Positions 13,345-25,262 of a stretch of 64,000 bases of DNA are shown in pieces; position 1 is the first letter of the stretch, and each line of letters begins with the position of its first letter. This DNA comes from Fimicolochytrium jonesii (lineage: Eukaryota), in assembly GCF_025526975.1 (NCBI RefSeq), contig NW_026515670.1, positions 558,001 through 622,000 of the forward strand, in the 5' to 3' direction. The notes under the pieces were generated by a model. It made no database searches. It was not told where the DNA came from and saw only the letters and a program-made list of their open reading frames with translations. The position numbers were made by a program, and so were the translations under genes.

Positions 13345-15161
13345 TTAGTGGGTGGCGGTGGTGTTGGCAACGGGACCCCAACGTCCTTGAATCTCAGCCT
13401 TGAACGACGGCTTGGTGCCCAGGTAAGTAGCAAGAGCATCGGCCATGACTTCACCGGCGGGGCCAGCAACAGGGGAAATGATATTGTCGCCTCCTCCGAG
13501 GATAAAGTCGTTAGTGGCAATGACGTAGGTCTTGGCGGGGTCGATAGCGCTTCCGTCCTTGAGAAGGGTAGCGGTCGTGATACGAGAGCCGGCGGGCTTG
13601 CTGACGTCGTACGTGAAGTGGACACCGCCCCATTGAGGGGTGGACAGCATCTTCTTTCCATCGGCGCCGGTCAGGTCAGCGGTGCGGTCGAGGAGGGCCA
13701 GGACCTGTGCGCCGGTGTAGGAGAAGATGTTGATGGTGTTTCCGAAGGGGAGGACGGTGATGACGTCGGCGTAAGTGACGGGGCCGGAAGGGATGGCGGC
13801 GCGCAGACCGCCGGCGTTGGTGAAGGCGATGTCGGCCGAGGGGGCGGAGAAGAGCATGGAATCCGCGACGAGGTCGCCCAATGCGCATTCGCGGACGCCG
13901 CAGCCTTCGACGGGGAAGGGGCCGTCGGCCTGACCTACGATGCGCTCAGTCATGGGCTTGAAGGCCTCACGCCATTGGGCGACCTTGATCGCAGTCGCGT
14001 TGTCCTTGGGGATAGCAGCGTCAAGACGGATGGCTTCACCGCTGAGGTTGAGCAGCTCGTCGGTGTTGGCGTCCCATTCGAGATCGACGTGGCCGAGGTA
14101 GTCGCCGTAGCGGTGGTGCTGGATGATGTAGGTGGGCTTTCCGTCCAAGTTTGTAACGGAGGTGGGGTAGGGTCCAACGACGCCGGGGAGGGAGGCGTTG
14201 TTGAGGAGGAGGGAGTGGGAGTGACCGCCAACAATGAGGGACAGACCGCGGGTGTTTTCGGCGAGATACTTGTCGTCGGCGTAACCGTTGTGGGACACTG
14301 CAATGACACGGCGGTAACCTTTACGGTGCAGCTCGTCAATGTAGCGTTGAACAATAGGGACGGGGTTGTAGAACGATGTGTTCCTGGCGCCAGTGGCGAT
14401 CGACGCCGTGGTGTTGGTGATGTAACCTTGAAAGTAACAGGAATTGGGCAAAATGAGTTGGGAGGCTCGTAAATCGAAGAATCGAAGAAACCGCGAAGCG
14501 AAGCGATGGGCTTCCCAAGAAATGCGATAATGACTGGAGCGCGTTCGCTCCGGGAAGCCCGTCCTCGTCTCCCGCCCCACGCCCCACATCGAAACTCACC
14601 AATGACACCGACACCGTAGTCACGGAGGATGGTGTAAGGCTTAACACCGGCCTCCTTCAAGATGTGACCATCGCCCTTCTTAAAGTCAATGTTTGAGCTG
14701 ACGACGGGGAAGGTCAGGTTCTTGAAGAACTGGGCGGCGTATTCAACACCCTTGTCGAACTCGTGGTTTCCGATGGCCATAGCGTCGTACTTGAGCTCGT
14801 TCATGATCTCGACAGACTTTTGACCACCGAACACGTTGAAGAAGAGGGTTCCCTGGAACTGGTCACCCGCGTCCAACAGGACGACGTTGTCCCTCTCCGC
14901 CCTGTACTTTTGCACCAGGTGGGCGATACGGGCGGCACCTCCGACACAGTTGTTGGCAGCAATGTCCTTTGGCCTGCAGTCGGTACCTCCAAGGTTGAAC
15001 TCGTCAAAGTGGGCGTGGATGTCGTTGGTGGCGAGGATGGTCATGTTGTTCTTCTTGCCGTGGTGGGGGGGCTTCTGACCGCCGCCGCATTTCTTTGTGA
15101 CTGGGGCGGCGTAGGAGGTGGCGGCCAGCGCCAAGGAAATGAGAGCGAGCGAGAGCTTCAT
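13345..15161 (-). CDS. Secreted 5'-nucleotidase/apyrase (UshA/CD73-type metallophosphoesterase plus 5'-nucleotidase C-terminal domain)
   Basis: Signal peptide MKLSLALISLALAATSYA. Motifs: TNDIH, LDAGDQFQG, GNHEFD, SHNG, GGHSH, NAGGLR, VLPFGN. One intron at 14427-14599 joins the two ORFs in frame. Confidence 0.93.
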
Positions 15162-16375
15162 TTTTGAGGATATACTACTGTAAGTTAGAAGGAGCAGGAG
15201 GGGTATGTGAAGGTATGAAGTCTGCGATCTCGAAGCCAGCTACGGTCAACGCAGGGGTTTCAACGATTCGTGGGAATGGAGTTGGACTGGAGCGGGGGCG
15301 GGGGGGGGTGAGGGCGGCAAATATAAGGAGGGCCCCTCTTACATAGTTGGTATACAGTAGCAGTAGTAGTAGTAGTAGTCCGCAAAGTTTTCCTCTGCGC
15401 TCATATCATACTACATACTGTACATACTACCGGGCCGATATGGGGGGGGGCGGCTGGCGACAACTCTTCCCCAGATCCTCAGCCTCCTCAGCGTAGCGCG
15501 GAAGACCCCTCGCAACGACCACTAAGCGCACAACTCAAGTGATCGCGCCTGATGCTGCGGCCACAACCCGTTGCATTGCATGATGCTCGCATGCCACTCG
15601 TTTTTTTCACTCGGTTGGCATCGATATCTAATCACAACGTGTTACACTCACTGTGCGCTGTGCAGTTGCCAGTGTGGGATAAGATCCACCCATCCATCCA
15701 CGGATTCCACCCCCCCCCCCCCCCCCCTCCAAGCCATGCCCCCACCCGCCTGTTACCATTATAGACACAACCCCGCCTGTCAAAAGGCGTCCCGCGGAGA
15801 AATCACCCCCCCAACCACGCTCCCGTCAGAAATGATAAAATTTTGCTCCAGAAACAACGCTCATCAACGCCCACACACAGACAGAGACGGGGGACCGATC
15901 GATTAATGAAGAACTCCTCGCAACACCCTGAATTTGCAAGTCCGAAAACTTGTGGAGACGTCGTTCCACTGTGGTCGTCGCAGAGTGTGTGGAGACGATT
16001 TCCTGCGCTGTCAAACTCCAAATGGGAGCTGTTACGTTCAATTCGCATATGCTTGTGCGAATACAGTAGATAAGCCCAGACGATGTAGCATTTTCGGTGC
16101 AAAGAAAAAGTCTAGCGCGCCTTTTAATCGTGTGCTGTGGGCTTCTGGGAGACGGTTGTGACCGGTTCGGAGTACAGGTCTGGACCCAGACAAGGACGAT
16201 ATTGAGCTTCTGATGAAACGCTTTGTGGGTGCTACATGTCCTCTAACAGCGCCAGGAATCCCGTATCACACGTACAAGGAGCGCATGCACCAGACGGAAT
16301 CCCTTGAAAAATCCAAGGCTACGGTCGCAATTTGCAACCCGGTCTATTCTTCATTCACCCAATGCAGATCCGCTT

Positions 16376-17034
16376 CTACAACTCGTTACGCACATTCTTG
16401 ATCTCCAACAATTCCGTCTCAAATACCAGAGTTGCGCCGGCGGGAATCTGCAAAAACAAAACCGTCAGCTCCACTAATTTACCTCTCACGGATTACGTAG
16501 AAAGCAATGCACATACCTTCGGGGGAGCGCCCCGGTCACCGTAGCCGAGCGAAGAAGGGATGACGAGCTTCCTCTTTTCGCCGGGGCACATGTCCAGGAG
16601 GCCTTGGTCCCAGCCCTTGATAACTGCAACATCAAAGATAGTGAGCGATTGGCCTGGGCAGCAAGTTAGACAAACTGCGGTAAAAGCGGTGTACCTTGTC
16701 CGGCTCCAACGGTGAACTCAAACGGCTGGTTGCGGTCGAGGGAGGAGTCGAACTTCTCTCCGGTCGAGTACAAGGTTCCGGTGTAGTGCATGGAGAGCTT
16801 ATCTATTCGCAATAGAGTCCATCAGCATCTCCTTTCAAACAAACCACCCCATCCAGTCGCACCACCCTTCCATTACTCACCGCCCTTTTGAGACTTCCGG
16901 GTGCATTCTACTTTGTGCTTGACGCCAATTTGCAAGGAGGTGACGTCCCGCTTCTTTTCGGCTGCAACGAGGGGCAGCGACACCAGGAGGGTGGCGAGGA
17001 AGGCCGCGAGGAAGAGGTAGAGGGAGGATCTCAT
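16376..17034 (-). CDS. FPR2: ER-luminal FKBP-type peptidyl-prolyl isomerase (FKBP2/Fpr2-like)
   Basis: Four exons. Signal peptide [25 protein letters not shown]; motifs [44 protein letters not shown]. The C-terminal RNEL resembles an ER-retention signal. Confidence 0.93.
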
Positions 17035-17356
17035 TGTTGCGGATGAGGTGATCTACGAACGGTGATTCCCAGAAGTGCAAGCGGCTGGCAAGCGGCAAAC
17101 GCTTTCCCATGCACGCGTTTGGACTCTGGCGGAAGGCGTGTGACGTGGCAACACCACTGGAAAGACTGGAACGTCGAAAAGGCACTCCGCCATTGCGCTG
17201 CTGCCCAACTTCAAGTTCCTACACCACCACTCCCAAGTTCGCCAGCCCGAAAGCCCGCTTACAGCTCGTGAAAGCAGTGACTTGCTTCCCAGCTCATATA
17301 CACCCACAAAAAACCTTCAAACGGGAGCCACTTCATCGGCAGAGCCCTTTCCGGAA

Positions 17357-17856
17357 ATGTCAGCTTCCGAAAAGCTGCCTATCTACTTTCCTTTCCCCGA
17401 AAGCTTCGCCCGAAACATCTCTACAGAAGTCCGGTCAATAGGTCCGTTCGCTCCCGGCCGGCCTCTTCGTCCAAGCTCCGCATCCAAACTCTGACTCCAT
17501 CTCTCTTTCCATACTCAGCCGCCGGCCTCGGAACAGAAGGTCTACAAGATCACGCCGACAAAATCGCGGCCGGTTTCAAAAACGTGGGCGATGGCATGGA
17601 CAGCGCCGGGCGGAGTATCAAGACCGGCTTGATCATCGTCGGGGTCGGGATCGGGATCGGGTTGACGGTCATGGGCGCTGGGATCGTGTTGCAGGCGATG
17701 AATGATCGAAGGTGGGCAGATGAGAGGTGGGCGAGGAAGACGAGGAGGAGGAGAAGGAGGGTGGAATCTGAGGATGAGATTGGAAGTGATGATTGTGAGG
17801 AGGAGAACGAGGACGACGGTACGGGAGTGAAAGGGAGGAGGAGGAATCAAGTTTAG
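17357..17856 (+). CDS. Small hypothetical single-pass membrane protein
   Basis: Exons 17357-17441 and 17519-17856 join in frame (GTCCGT donor, CTGAC branch site, CAG acceptor). A Gly-rich hydrophobic helix LIIVGVGIGIGLTVMGAGIVL precedes a poly-Arg then acidic tail. Confidence 0.6.
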
Positions 17857-18448
17857 ACAAGGAAAGAATAGTTGGAAGCGCAAGGGCGGATGTGGCATGT
17901 AGGTCGACGTATCGCTCGCATATCGCTCACATCTGCGGCTGCGGAAACTTGAGATAGTTTGTAGATATCCCATTGGGGAGTTTTTGGGTACTGCTCTGGG
18001 AAATATGTAGGGAATGGAAATAATGCATGGTCTCCTGCTCGTTGCGGCCACAGTGAATCCGACTGGTGCTGCGGTCATCAAAAATCACATCGGTCTGCTG
18101 AAAAGCAGAGTGTACCAAGTGTTTCCGAGTACGGATGTCTTCGCTGGCGAGCCAATTGCGCCGGTCCTCAAGCAATCGTCAATATCGCCCGAACCGGAAT
18201 GCTTCTCGACGCAAGCTGGCCATGTCACATTTATCCCTCTTGTTCAGCTGTCCAGTTGTCCCATCTCTTCGCCATTAACACTCTGCGTGATGATCTGTCC
18301 CCAGTCAACGCTGACCGTCGAGAGCAATCCCTCCCCCACCTGCCCCAAAAACCAGAATCGCCATTTCCACAATCCTCTCCAACAAAACAATCTCATTGAA
18401 ACACATCTTTCATTTCCAATTCCATGAAGACGGGGTATACGACGCTCT

Positions 18449-19183
18449 CTATCCCTGACGCTCCTTCGTCCCCGGAGTCCACGACGTAAACTTCGGCACC
18501 GTTGTGCTGTACGGCTTATAGGCGCCGCGACTCCCCGTCAAGTTCTCGAGGTGCTTGCCCGTGAAGAAGGGCTTTGGCACCGTTTGTGCAGTCGGGATGT
18601 CGTCGGTGATGTGGTGGATCCATTGGTGCCTGTGATTAAAGGATCGGGCGTAAGTCGTTGATTTTCGGAGGGAAACACACCACTTCTGCTCGGACAATCG
18701 TTTCGCACCATTCTGGAGGGATTTGCGAAGGGTCCGAGTTCCACCTTCCATACTCGATCCAGCGGTCACGCAGGACGATATCCTTCGGGTTGTAGTAGTA
18801 GTTGTTTCCATATTCGTCTGTGCCGGCATGTGTTCCCACGCGCGGTTGGTCGCTAAAGAGAAGGAAACAGACATGAGAGTCCGTAAATAGCGTTCGGATT
18901 GCGAGTGCAGGGTGAACGGGCCCTGCCCCGGACATACATGGACATAATTTGCCTCAGCGTGCGCTTGAAGCCGTTCTTACGGAGGGCGAGCAGCTGTGGG
19001 ACGTCCCATTGTGTTTAGCCAGCTGATTTGAGAGTAGCAATATTTTGCGAAAATCACCTACCGTGCCACGCCCGACTGGAAATTGGCCATAGAACAGAGT
19101 GCGATTCGACACAGGTTAGCATACTGAACCCGAGCCTGAAGCCCGCCTCCTGTGAACGTACCGTCCATCCATGTTGTTGCCAT
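18449..19183 (-). CDS. NDUFA12: NADH:ubiquinone oxidoreductase subunit NDUFA12 (B17.2)
   Basis: Five exons, including a 14-nt exon at 19062-19075. Motifs: GTDEYGNNYY, RDRWIEY, SQIPPEWHQWIHH, ENLTG..GAYKPYSTT. Confidence 0.93.
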
Positions 19184-19711
19184 CTTGCGGTGTTTGTGTT
19201 TTGTGTGCCGAGAGGATGAGGCTACTGTGACTTGGTTGAAGGCCGTTGTGCAGAATCCTTGCGCTCGCTCGACAGGAGTGTGGGGCCGCCGCGTGTTCTC
19301 AAGTAGCCCCGGTCTCTAACGCCAACGCGTCTCGACTTCCCCAACACAACTCCGTCGATTGTCACGAACGGAGCAGGGCCCGGAGTTGCCAGGCAAAGAG
19401 TATGTAGCACACACACTGTACATGCGTAGGGAAAGTAAGGCGAATACCGTTGTGTGCCAATATGTACAGTACATGTTTCTGATCAAGCCGCGGGCAGAAG
19501 TTGCGCTATGAATCCTGTGATCCGACCTGCGAGAAGGGGCGAGTGTCGCAAACCGTTTGATGCCGTGATGACGCGCGCGGGGCACTTTTTGGGAGGAACC
19601 ACGAGCTACGTACATACTCATAAGAATACTGGGACGGTGGGTACCCTTCGCTCGAATACCGTCTAAAGCTTTCGCTACTTCATTGCGCACTTCGGCCTGC
19701 GACCGTCCACC

Positions 19712-20855
19712 ATGTTCCGTCGGATACACCGCATTTCCTCTGCGATAATAGCAGCCCTCGCATATGGTTTGTTGATGGGAGCAGTCCAGAGTCGCATGCT
19801 CCACTTTCAACCTCCAAGACCCTTTGATACGACCGACTGCAAAGGACTGTCTATGTATGGTAAGCCTGCCCTCTCGTCCCGGGTTCTTTTACTTGTGTGG
19901 TTTTCTTTCCGGCTGAAGTCTTTCGAACCTTACAGGCCGCCTGGAAAAGAAGTTCGAGCCGTCAGATATGGTGTGGCAGCCTTCTACAAATACCTTGTTC
20001 GTGGTCAGCGACGGTGGCAAAATCGGCGGTCTGACGAATATTGGAACACCGGATGGGTCGGGGACTCCGGCTGAGATATGGGACCTTGGCGGAGACTTTG
20101 ACCTTGAAGGGTGTACGCTGGTGGCGGGAAGGTAAGAACACTTACGGTGCGTTGCAGATAGAGAGCACATTGATTGACTGTTGGCGCTTTCCAGGGACGA
20201 TTTCATATATCTAGGAAACGAGGTTCCCGCCAGCATTGTAGAATATAACCTCAAAACCTCCTCCGTTACCCGTCGATGGGACCTGCAAGCAACATTCGAT
20301 GCCCACCCAGTTGCCGACCCCGACGCCAAAGCCGACAACAACGGCCTGGAATCCCTCGTCTTCATGTCCTCCCCCGATGTCAAATCCGGCGGCTACTTCT
20401 ACGCCGGGCGGCAGGCCGACGCCCAGATCTTCGTATACGACATCCCGCTGGACGACCCATCGGGATCAGCTACATTGATGGGGATCATTGACCCGCCTGG
20501 GCAGGGATACGACCTGTCCGCAATGACATTATGGCGAAACAATCTATGGCTGCTCTACGACAAGCCCAAAGAGCTGCGAGCAGTAGAATGGAGCAACGCG
20601 ATGCTCAGCCCGACCGCCCGGCCGGTGCAAAAGGTCAATGCGAAGGGGTTGCAGAACACCAGGGTCGGGACCCTGTCGTTCAGCGTGCGCGGGCAAGAGG
20701 CGATCCAGTTCGTGCAGGACCCGCAAGGGAAGCAGTGGGTTTTTGTCGGCGTAGATCCGCCGAAGCGGAAGGGGCCCAAGGATCTCCTTCGGTTTGAGCT
20801 GGAGGAGTTTTTTGATTGTTTCGCGGATGCTGGCACGGCTGCTATCCCTCCGTAG
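19712..20855 (+). CDS. Secreted YjiK/SdiA-regulated-like beta-propeller protein
   Basis: Exons 19712-19859, 19936-20131 and 20195-20855 join in frame. N-terminal hydrophobic signal. Blade-like repeats: EPSDMVW..TLFVVSD, DLEGCT, NGLESLVF, DLSAMTL, GQEAIQF. Confidence 0.7.
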
Positions 20856-21308
20856 ATATTTGGCGTAAGCTTCAACTCGGAATGAAACCACTCACTAGAT
20901 CTGCAACCTGTACATATTCGCACATACCGCTTGAACGGCCCCGCCACTGGGGATGGCCGGAAATATATACCAACTGACGCGTTGAAAGAGGACTTCATTT
21001 CGTTCATTAACTGGCAAAAAACACCAAAATATTCCTGACCACCCTCACCTCACACGGCCTCCGAGAGTGATTCGATGCGGAAGCTGGCTAAGTGTCATAG
21101 AACGAGACAAACGTCAAAACCAATCAAGGAAACGAAGCAGTCCGCGAAAAAAAAACATACAATATATATACACGTTTCTATGTTGGGCGGAAAAGGTTCG
21201 GGCGATGCACAGCTCCCAAGTAAGGGATGCACATCTTCCAAAAAAAAAAAGATAGGGGAATAGGGGCGAAGGGGTAGCCTCCTCTTGGGGGTATTGAGAT
21301 TGGTGATA

Positions 21309-24300
21309 CTACATCATGTGGATGTCGGAGTTCGCGCCATTGCTTCTACTTCCTGGTTATCGAGGTAGGAGGTCAGTCAGTGGAATTCGGTGCATGGCGG
21401 GTACCAAATGAGGTTTGGCCAGGAGCCCTTTTCGTACCTGCTGCATCGCATCAAACATGGCTGCAACCTCGGCGTTGCCAGGTTGGGCACCGGTAGTGGC
21501 GCCATTCGTGGGCGGTGTGGCGGTCCCGTTCTGCGGCGTAGACGACCGTGGCTTTGTTGCGTCGTCCTTCTTCACTTCAAACGGCCATGAAGCCGTGTTC
21601 TGTCCGCTCTTCGGGATCAGATGTGACAGTGCGGGTGATTCGGGAAGTGGCCGGTCGGGTGAATGTGTGTGCTGCCCGTTTGGTGCTGTTGTTGAAGATG
21701 GGGAATGTCCAGAGACTTTGGCGGGTGACATGCCACCTTTTCCTTTCCGATCGGAGTTGTTATGGGAATCCGGTAATGTCTTTGGTGATCCAGCGGATTC
21801 CGATTCCGATGTCCTCGACGTCCGCTTGATGGACTCATCCAGCTCAGCAGCCATGTCGTCATACACCGACATGATGTTTGCAGCATGGCTTGACCCACGA
21901 CGAGGAACGGATGGCTGGCGAATGGCGGCACCCCCGGACGATGTCCGTCTCCGCAGAATCTGTTCGAGGCCAGAGTCGTCATATTTCCCTTGCGGCGATG
22001 GAATAGGCAGCGAGTTGGGATCTGGCGGTGCATGCAACCCGCTTTTCATCTTTTGCTCCAGTGCCCGCAATTTACCAACATCCGCTCCACCTCGGATAAT
22101 TTCCTCCAAATATTGTTCCATCGTCTCAATATTCGTCTTTGTGCTGGTTTCCGAGTCTGGTGAGGCTCCATCACTGAGAGGTGATGTGACCGACGAGACC
22201 GCCGACCGATGTTGGACCGCTGACAAATGCGGGCCATTCCTGTATTCGTTGTGTGGTCGTGGATCCACGTTATCGCGCGGCGGTGGCAACTTGGAAAGGT
22301 TCTGGGGACCGTTGCTGTCCGATCCCCGATTTGCCGGTATCGGCAATGGCTTATCAAGGCCTTGTTGTGAAGAGGGAACGCTGTTTGGATCGTGATGTAA
22401 TGAGCTCTTCCGAGACGTCACGGCTGGTGTTGGAACGGAATCGGGGGCCACCGCGGCAGATGGTTGCGAGAAGTTTCCTCGATGTGAAGCTCCCACACGT
22501 TGGGGCTGTACCCGATTCGCCGAAGCCCCGTCACCATCGCCATGAGAGTGCCCCGGTCGAAGATCGTTTTGGGATGTCTGCCGGCTGTGCATCGCGCTAT
22601 TCACAATGTCACTCATACTCTGCGTCCGCGAGATGTCGCTGTCCATAGTGTCGCTCGAATAGCTACTTCCCAGCTGCATGTCGCGTAACATCCCGCTGTC
22701 TGCGTGTTCTACCGCTGCTGGTGCCTCTTTCAAAAAGGCGGGCTTCGAGGTTAGGATGTTTTGGATGTTGGCTTCGTCGCGAGCTTCGCTTGCCTCTTCG
22801 GCGGGCTCGGTCGGTTGGGTTGGCGCTGGCCCATAGCCAATCCATACTCTGCGCAGTAAGAAGTCGATTTCCTCAGTGCTCCCTTGCGCTGACATCAATA
22901 TTGGGTATAGTTTCTCAGCTTCCTCCCTCTCGGTTTCTACAAGCATTTGGATGAATTCGTTAGCAAAAAGATTGATTTAATGAATGGAAAGACGGTTCCC
23001 ACCTTGGTTCTCAAAGATTGAGCTCAGCGTATATCGGTACTGGGGATGTGGTGTCAGCTTGAACTTTTTGATAGCGACCTCGGTCATCTCTCCAACGGTG
23101 GTGTTGCTATTGACCCCAAGTGTCTTGTACGTTCGCATCTGACCAGTAGGATCAGAATTGTCGTACATAAATATCCGGATCAAGTGGTAGTTCTTCTCAA
23201 ACAGATTGAGCTTCTTGTTGATGAGGACTTTGATGATGTTGTCGTCGGTAAGCCGTACGCTGCTCTTGCCCTCCGAGCTGTTGACCACCTTCGAGACGGA
23301 AGCCGAGTCGCCTACGCCCGGTAGGTTTTTGTGCCTCAGCTCCTCCAGGACGTCATATACTTTATCGTTTTCTCCCAATCGTCGCTCCTCTGCTTAGGAA
23401 GTTAGCATCTGCGGGCGACATATATATAGTGCATAACGGTGTCCTTACGTGCATCCATGTGAAGAACGCTCACATAGTACTCATCCGGTGTCACCCCTGG
23501 CACTCGGAATCGTTTTAGTGCCGTAACGAGGAGCTCTTTCGCGGTCAATGTTGGGGTCAACGCGACGGATTTGAACGTCGCCTTCAGATCAACGTTTCCG
23601 GCATATATCCGCAGGACGTTGATCGGGTCCTGGTTCCGGTGCGAGCGATAGGTGTTTAGCGATTCCAGTTCTCAAAATTTATCATTCAATTGTGGGAGGA
23701 ATTAGTACCTTTGCTGTTTGCGGTTGCTCAAACGCTTTATCCAGAGTCGGCCGTTCCAGCGATCTCGTAGACGACCTTGTGGACGACGACGAAACGCTGT
23801 CCTTCGCTTTTTTCGATCGCGAAAGAAGTTTCTGTTCGGCCATAAGGCGGACATGCGAGAAAATGAGCGAGGGGGTCTTCGGCAAATTTGACGCGCGTGA
23901 TCAAACGCCTATGCTTACCGACAAAAAGTTTCGACTTAAAGACGCGGTGTTCGGTTTCTGTCTTTGCAACGTGTCCGCAGCTGGAGGTTCCTCATCTTCA
24001 CTCGACCCCTCTGACGATTCATCATCGGTGCAGTAGATGTACTCCACAAAGTTCTCCGGAAACACAATGTTCCTACGGCTCCCAGGCGGTACAGGTGTGA
24101 TGGGCCGCATGTCCTCCTCGTGGATTGCAGATACCCCAACATTCTTGAATTTATTCAATCGTGCCAGCCGCTCTGATGGTGTCTGCAGGACGCGAAAGTC
24201 AGCAGCGGTAGGACTAGATGGGGCAAGTCCAAGTAAGTGCGTACCTCGATATTCTCTGCTGGTATATACCCTATCTGGAAGCGAAATAAGACTAAGCAAC

Positions 24301-24577
24301 TGGTTCCCATTACGACGAGCGCGCCAAAATGCTGCCTGACCTCATGGGTTTTCAAACACTTGACCAACCACCAGTAGGAATTGGAGTCGTCCAGCAACTC
24401 CAACGAATCCCCTTTTAGCACGCAGACTTGGCCCTCCAAGTTCGCAATGAAAGTATGCAAGGCATAGACTAAGCCAAAGTCGATAGGCTCCTGGATGTCC
24501 TCAATTTCCGCCCGCAGGTAGGCCTCCTCGTCCAACTCATCCTCGTCGGGATTCGTGGCGTAAACGGGGCCGGACAT
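21309..24577 (-). CDS. SH3 and Ras-association domain polarity protein, Bud14/Tea4-like
   Basis: Multi-exon. The sequence DFGLVYALHTF..LLDDSNSYWWLVK..IGYIPAENIETPSERLARLNK is typical of Bud14/Tea4. An RVxF-like RNIVF follows, then two RA-like segments and a long disordered C-terminus. The last exon (21309-21352) is inferred. Confidence 0.85.
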
Positions 24578-25001
24578 TGCTCCCAAACTCGGTTTTCGTA
24601 GGTATATGTGTAGCGAGAAGTTTTTATGCTTTGGGGGCTATTACGGTTCAAAGGTCGCATGCAATTACCCCAACACAGCGCGATTGTTGCCCTTTCCCGT
24701 CGAGATCGGGTGAGTTGCGCGCAGGAATAAACAGAAGATTCCGGTCGATGCTGGCTGTTTCCAGGGAATGAGACAGGATGGGCACCGGATATATACAGAC
24801 GGTCGCAGACGCAGATGGGGGTGGACAATACAGTTGCGGCGCACAATGCGTTTGGATTGAGAGTTCGAATAGTGGCTTCAGGTGATAAAACGAGTGAGGG
24901 TCAAATGCGCCGCCGGCTCAACGGGTTGGTGCGCCCTTGGGTCAAAAATGGTGGGTCCGAAAACAGAGCAAATTGCAAATTGCAAAAATAAAAAGGAAAT
25001 G

Positions 25002-25085
25002 TCCGGCCACCCAGGATCGAACTGGGGACACCCAGATTACAGCTTGCGTTACAGTCTGATGCTCTTCCAGCTGAGCTATGGCCGG
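25002..25085 (-). tRNA. tRNA-Tyr(GUA) with 11-nt intron
   Basis: Acceptor stem CCGGCCA/TGGCCGG plus A, D-arm GCTC/GAGC, anticodon loop CT-GTA-A, intron CGCAAGCTGTA, T-loop GTTCGAT and a downstream oligo-T. Confidence 0.95.
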
Positions 25086-25262
25086 ATGGGTTAAATTGCA
25101 GTGTTTGTCAAAATATATATACTTATTACAAGATACTGTTTTCACGTGACCATGTGGACTTCTAAGTTTCCAGTGCGATCGCAGGCTTTCCCACTCGAAG
25201 GTTTGACCAGAGAGACACAACCACCGACCGACGTTCAGAAAAAGTCAAGAGCAACGACGACA

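Noticed and set aside
13177..14472. 431-aa plus-strand ORF
   Set aside because: It is the antisense shadow of the codon-biased 5'-nucleotidase gene and has no motifs of its own.
15355..15430. (GTA)n tract with a partial inverted TAC-rich copy
   Set aside because: Short and imperfect, and explained by simple repeats; no convincing TIR/TSD pair.
15710..15727. Poly-C tract (another at ~4949-4963)
   Set aside because: Intergenic homopolymers with no further supporting structure; their lengths may be unreliable.
17927..18427. Short ORFs between the small membrane protein gene and NDUFA12
   Set aside because: No motifs or splice pattern; probably 3' UTR or intergenic sequence between convergent genes.
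24942..25220. ORFs sharing the peptide AIAQLEEHQTVTQAVIWV with ORF 51649-51933
   Set aside because: Spurious translation of the duplicated tRNA-Tyr gene.
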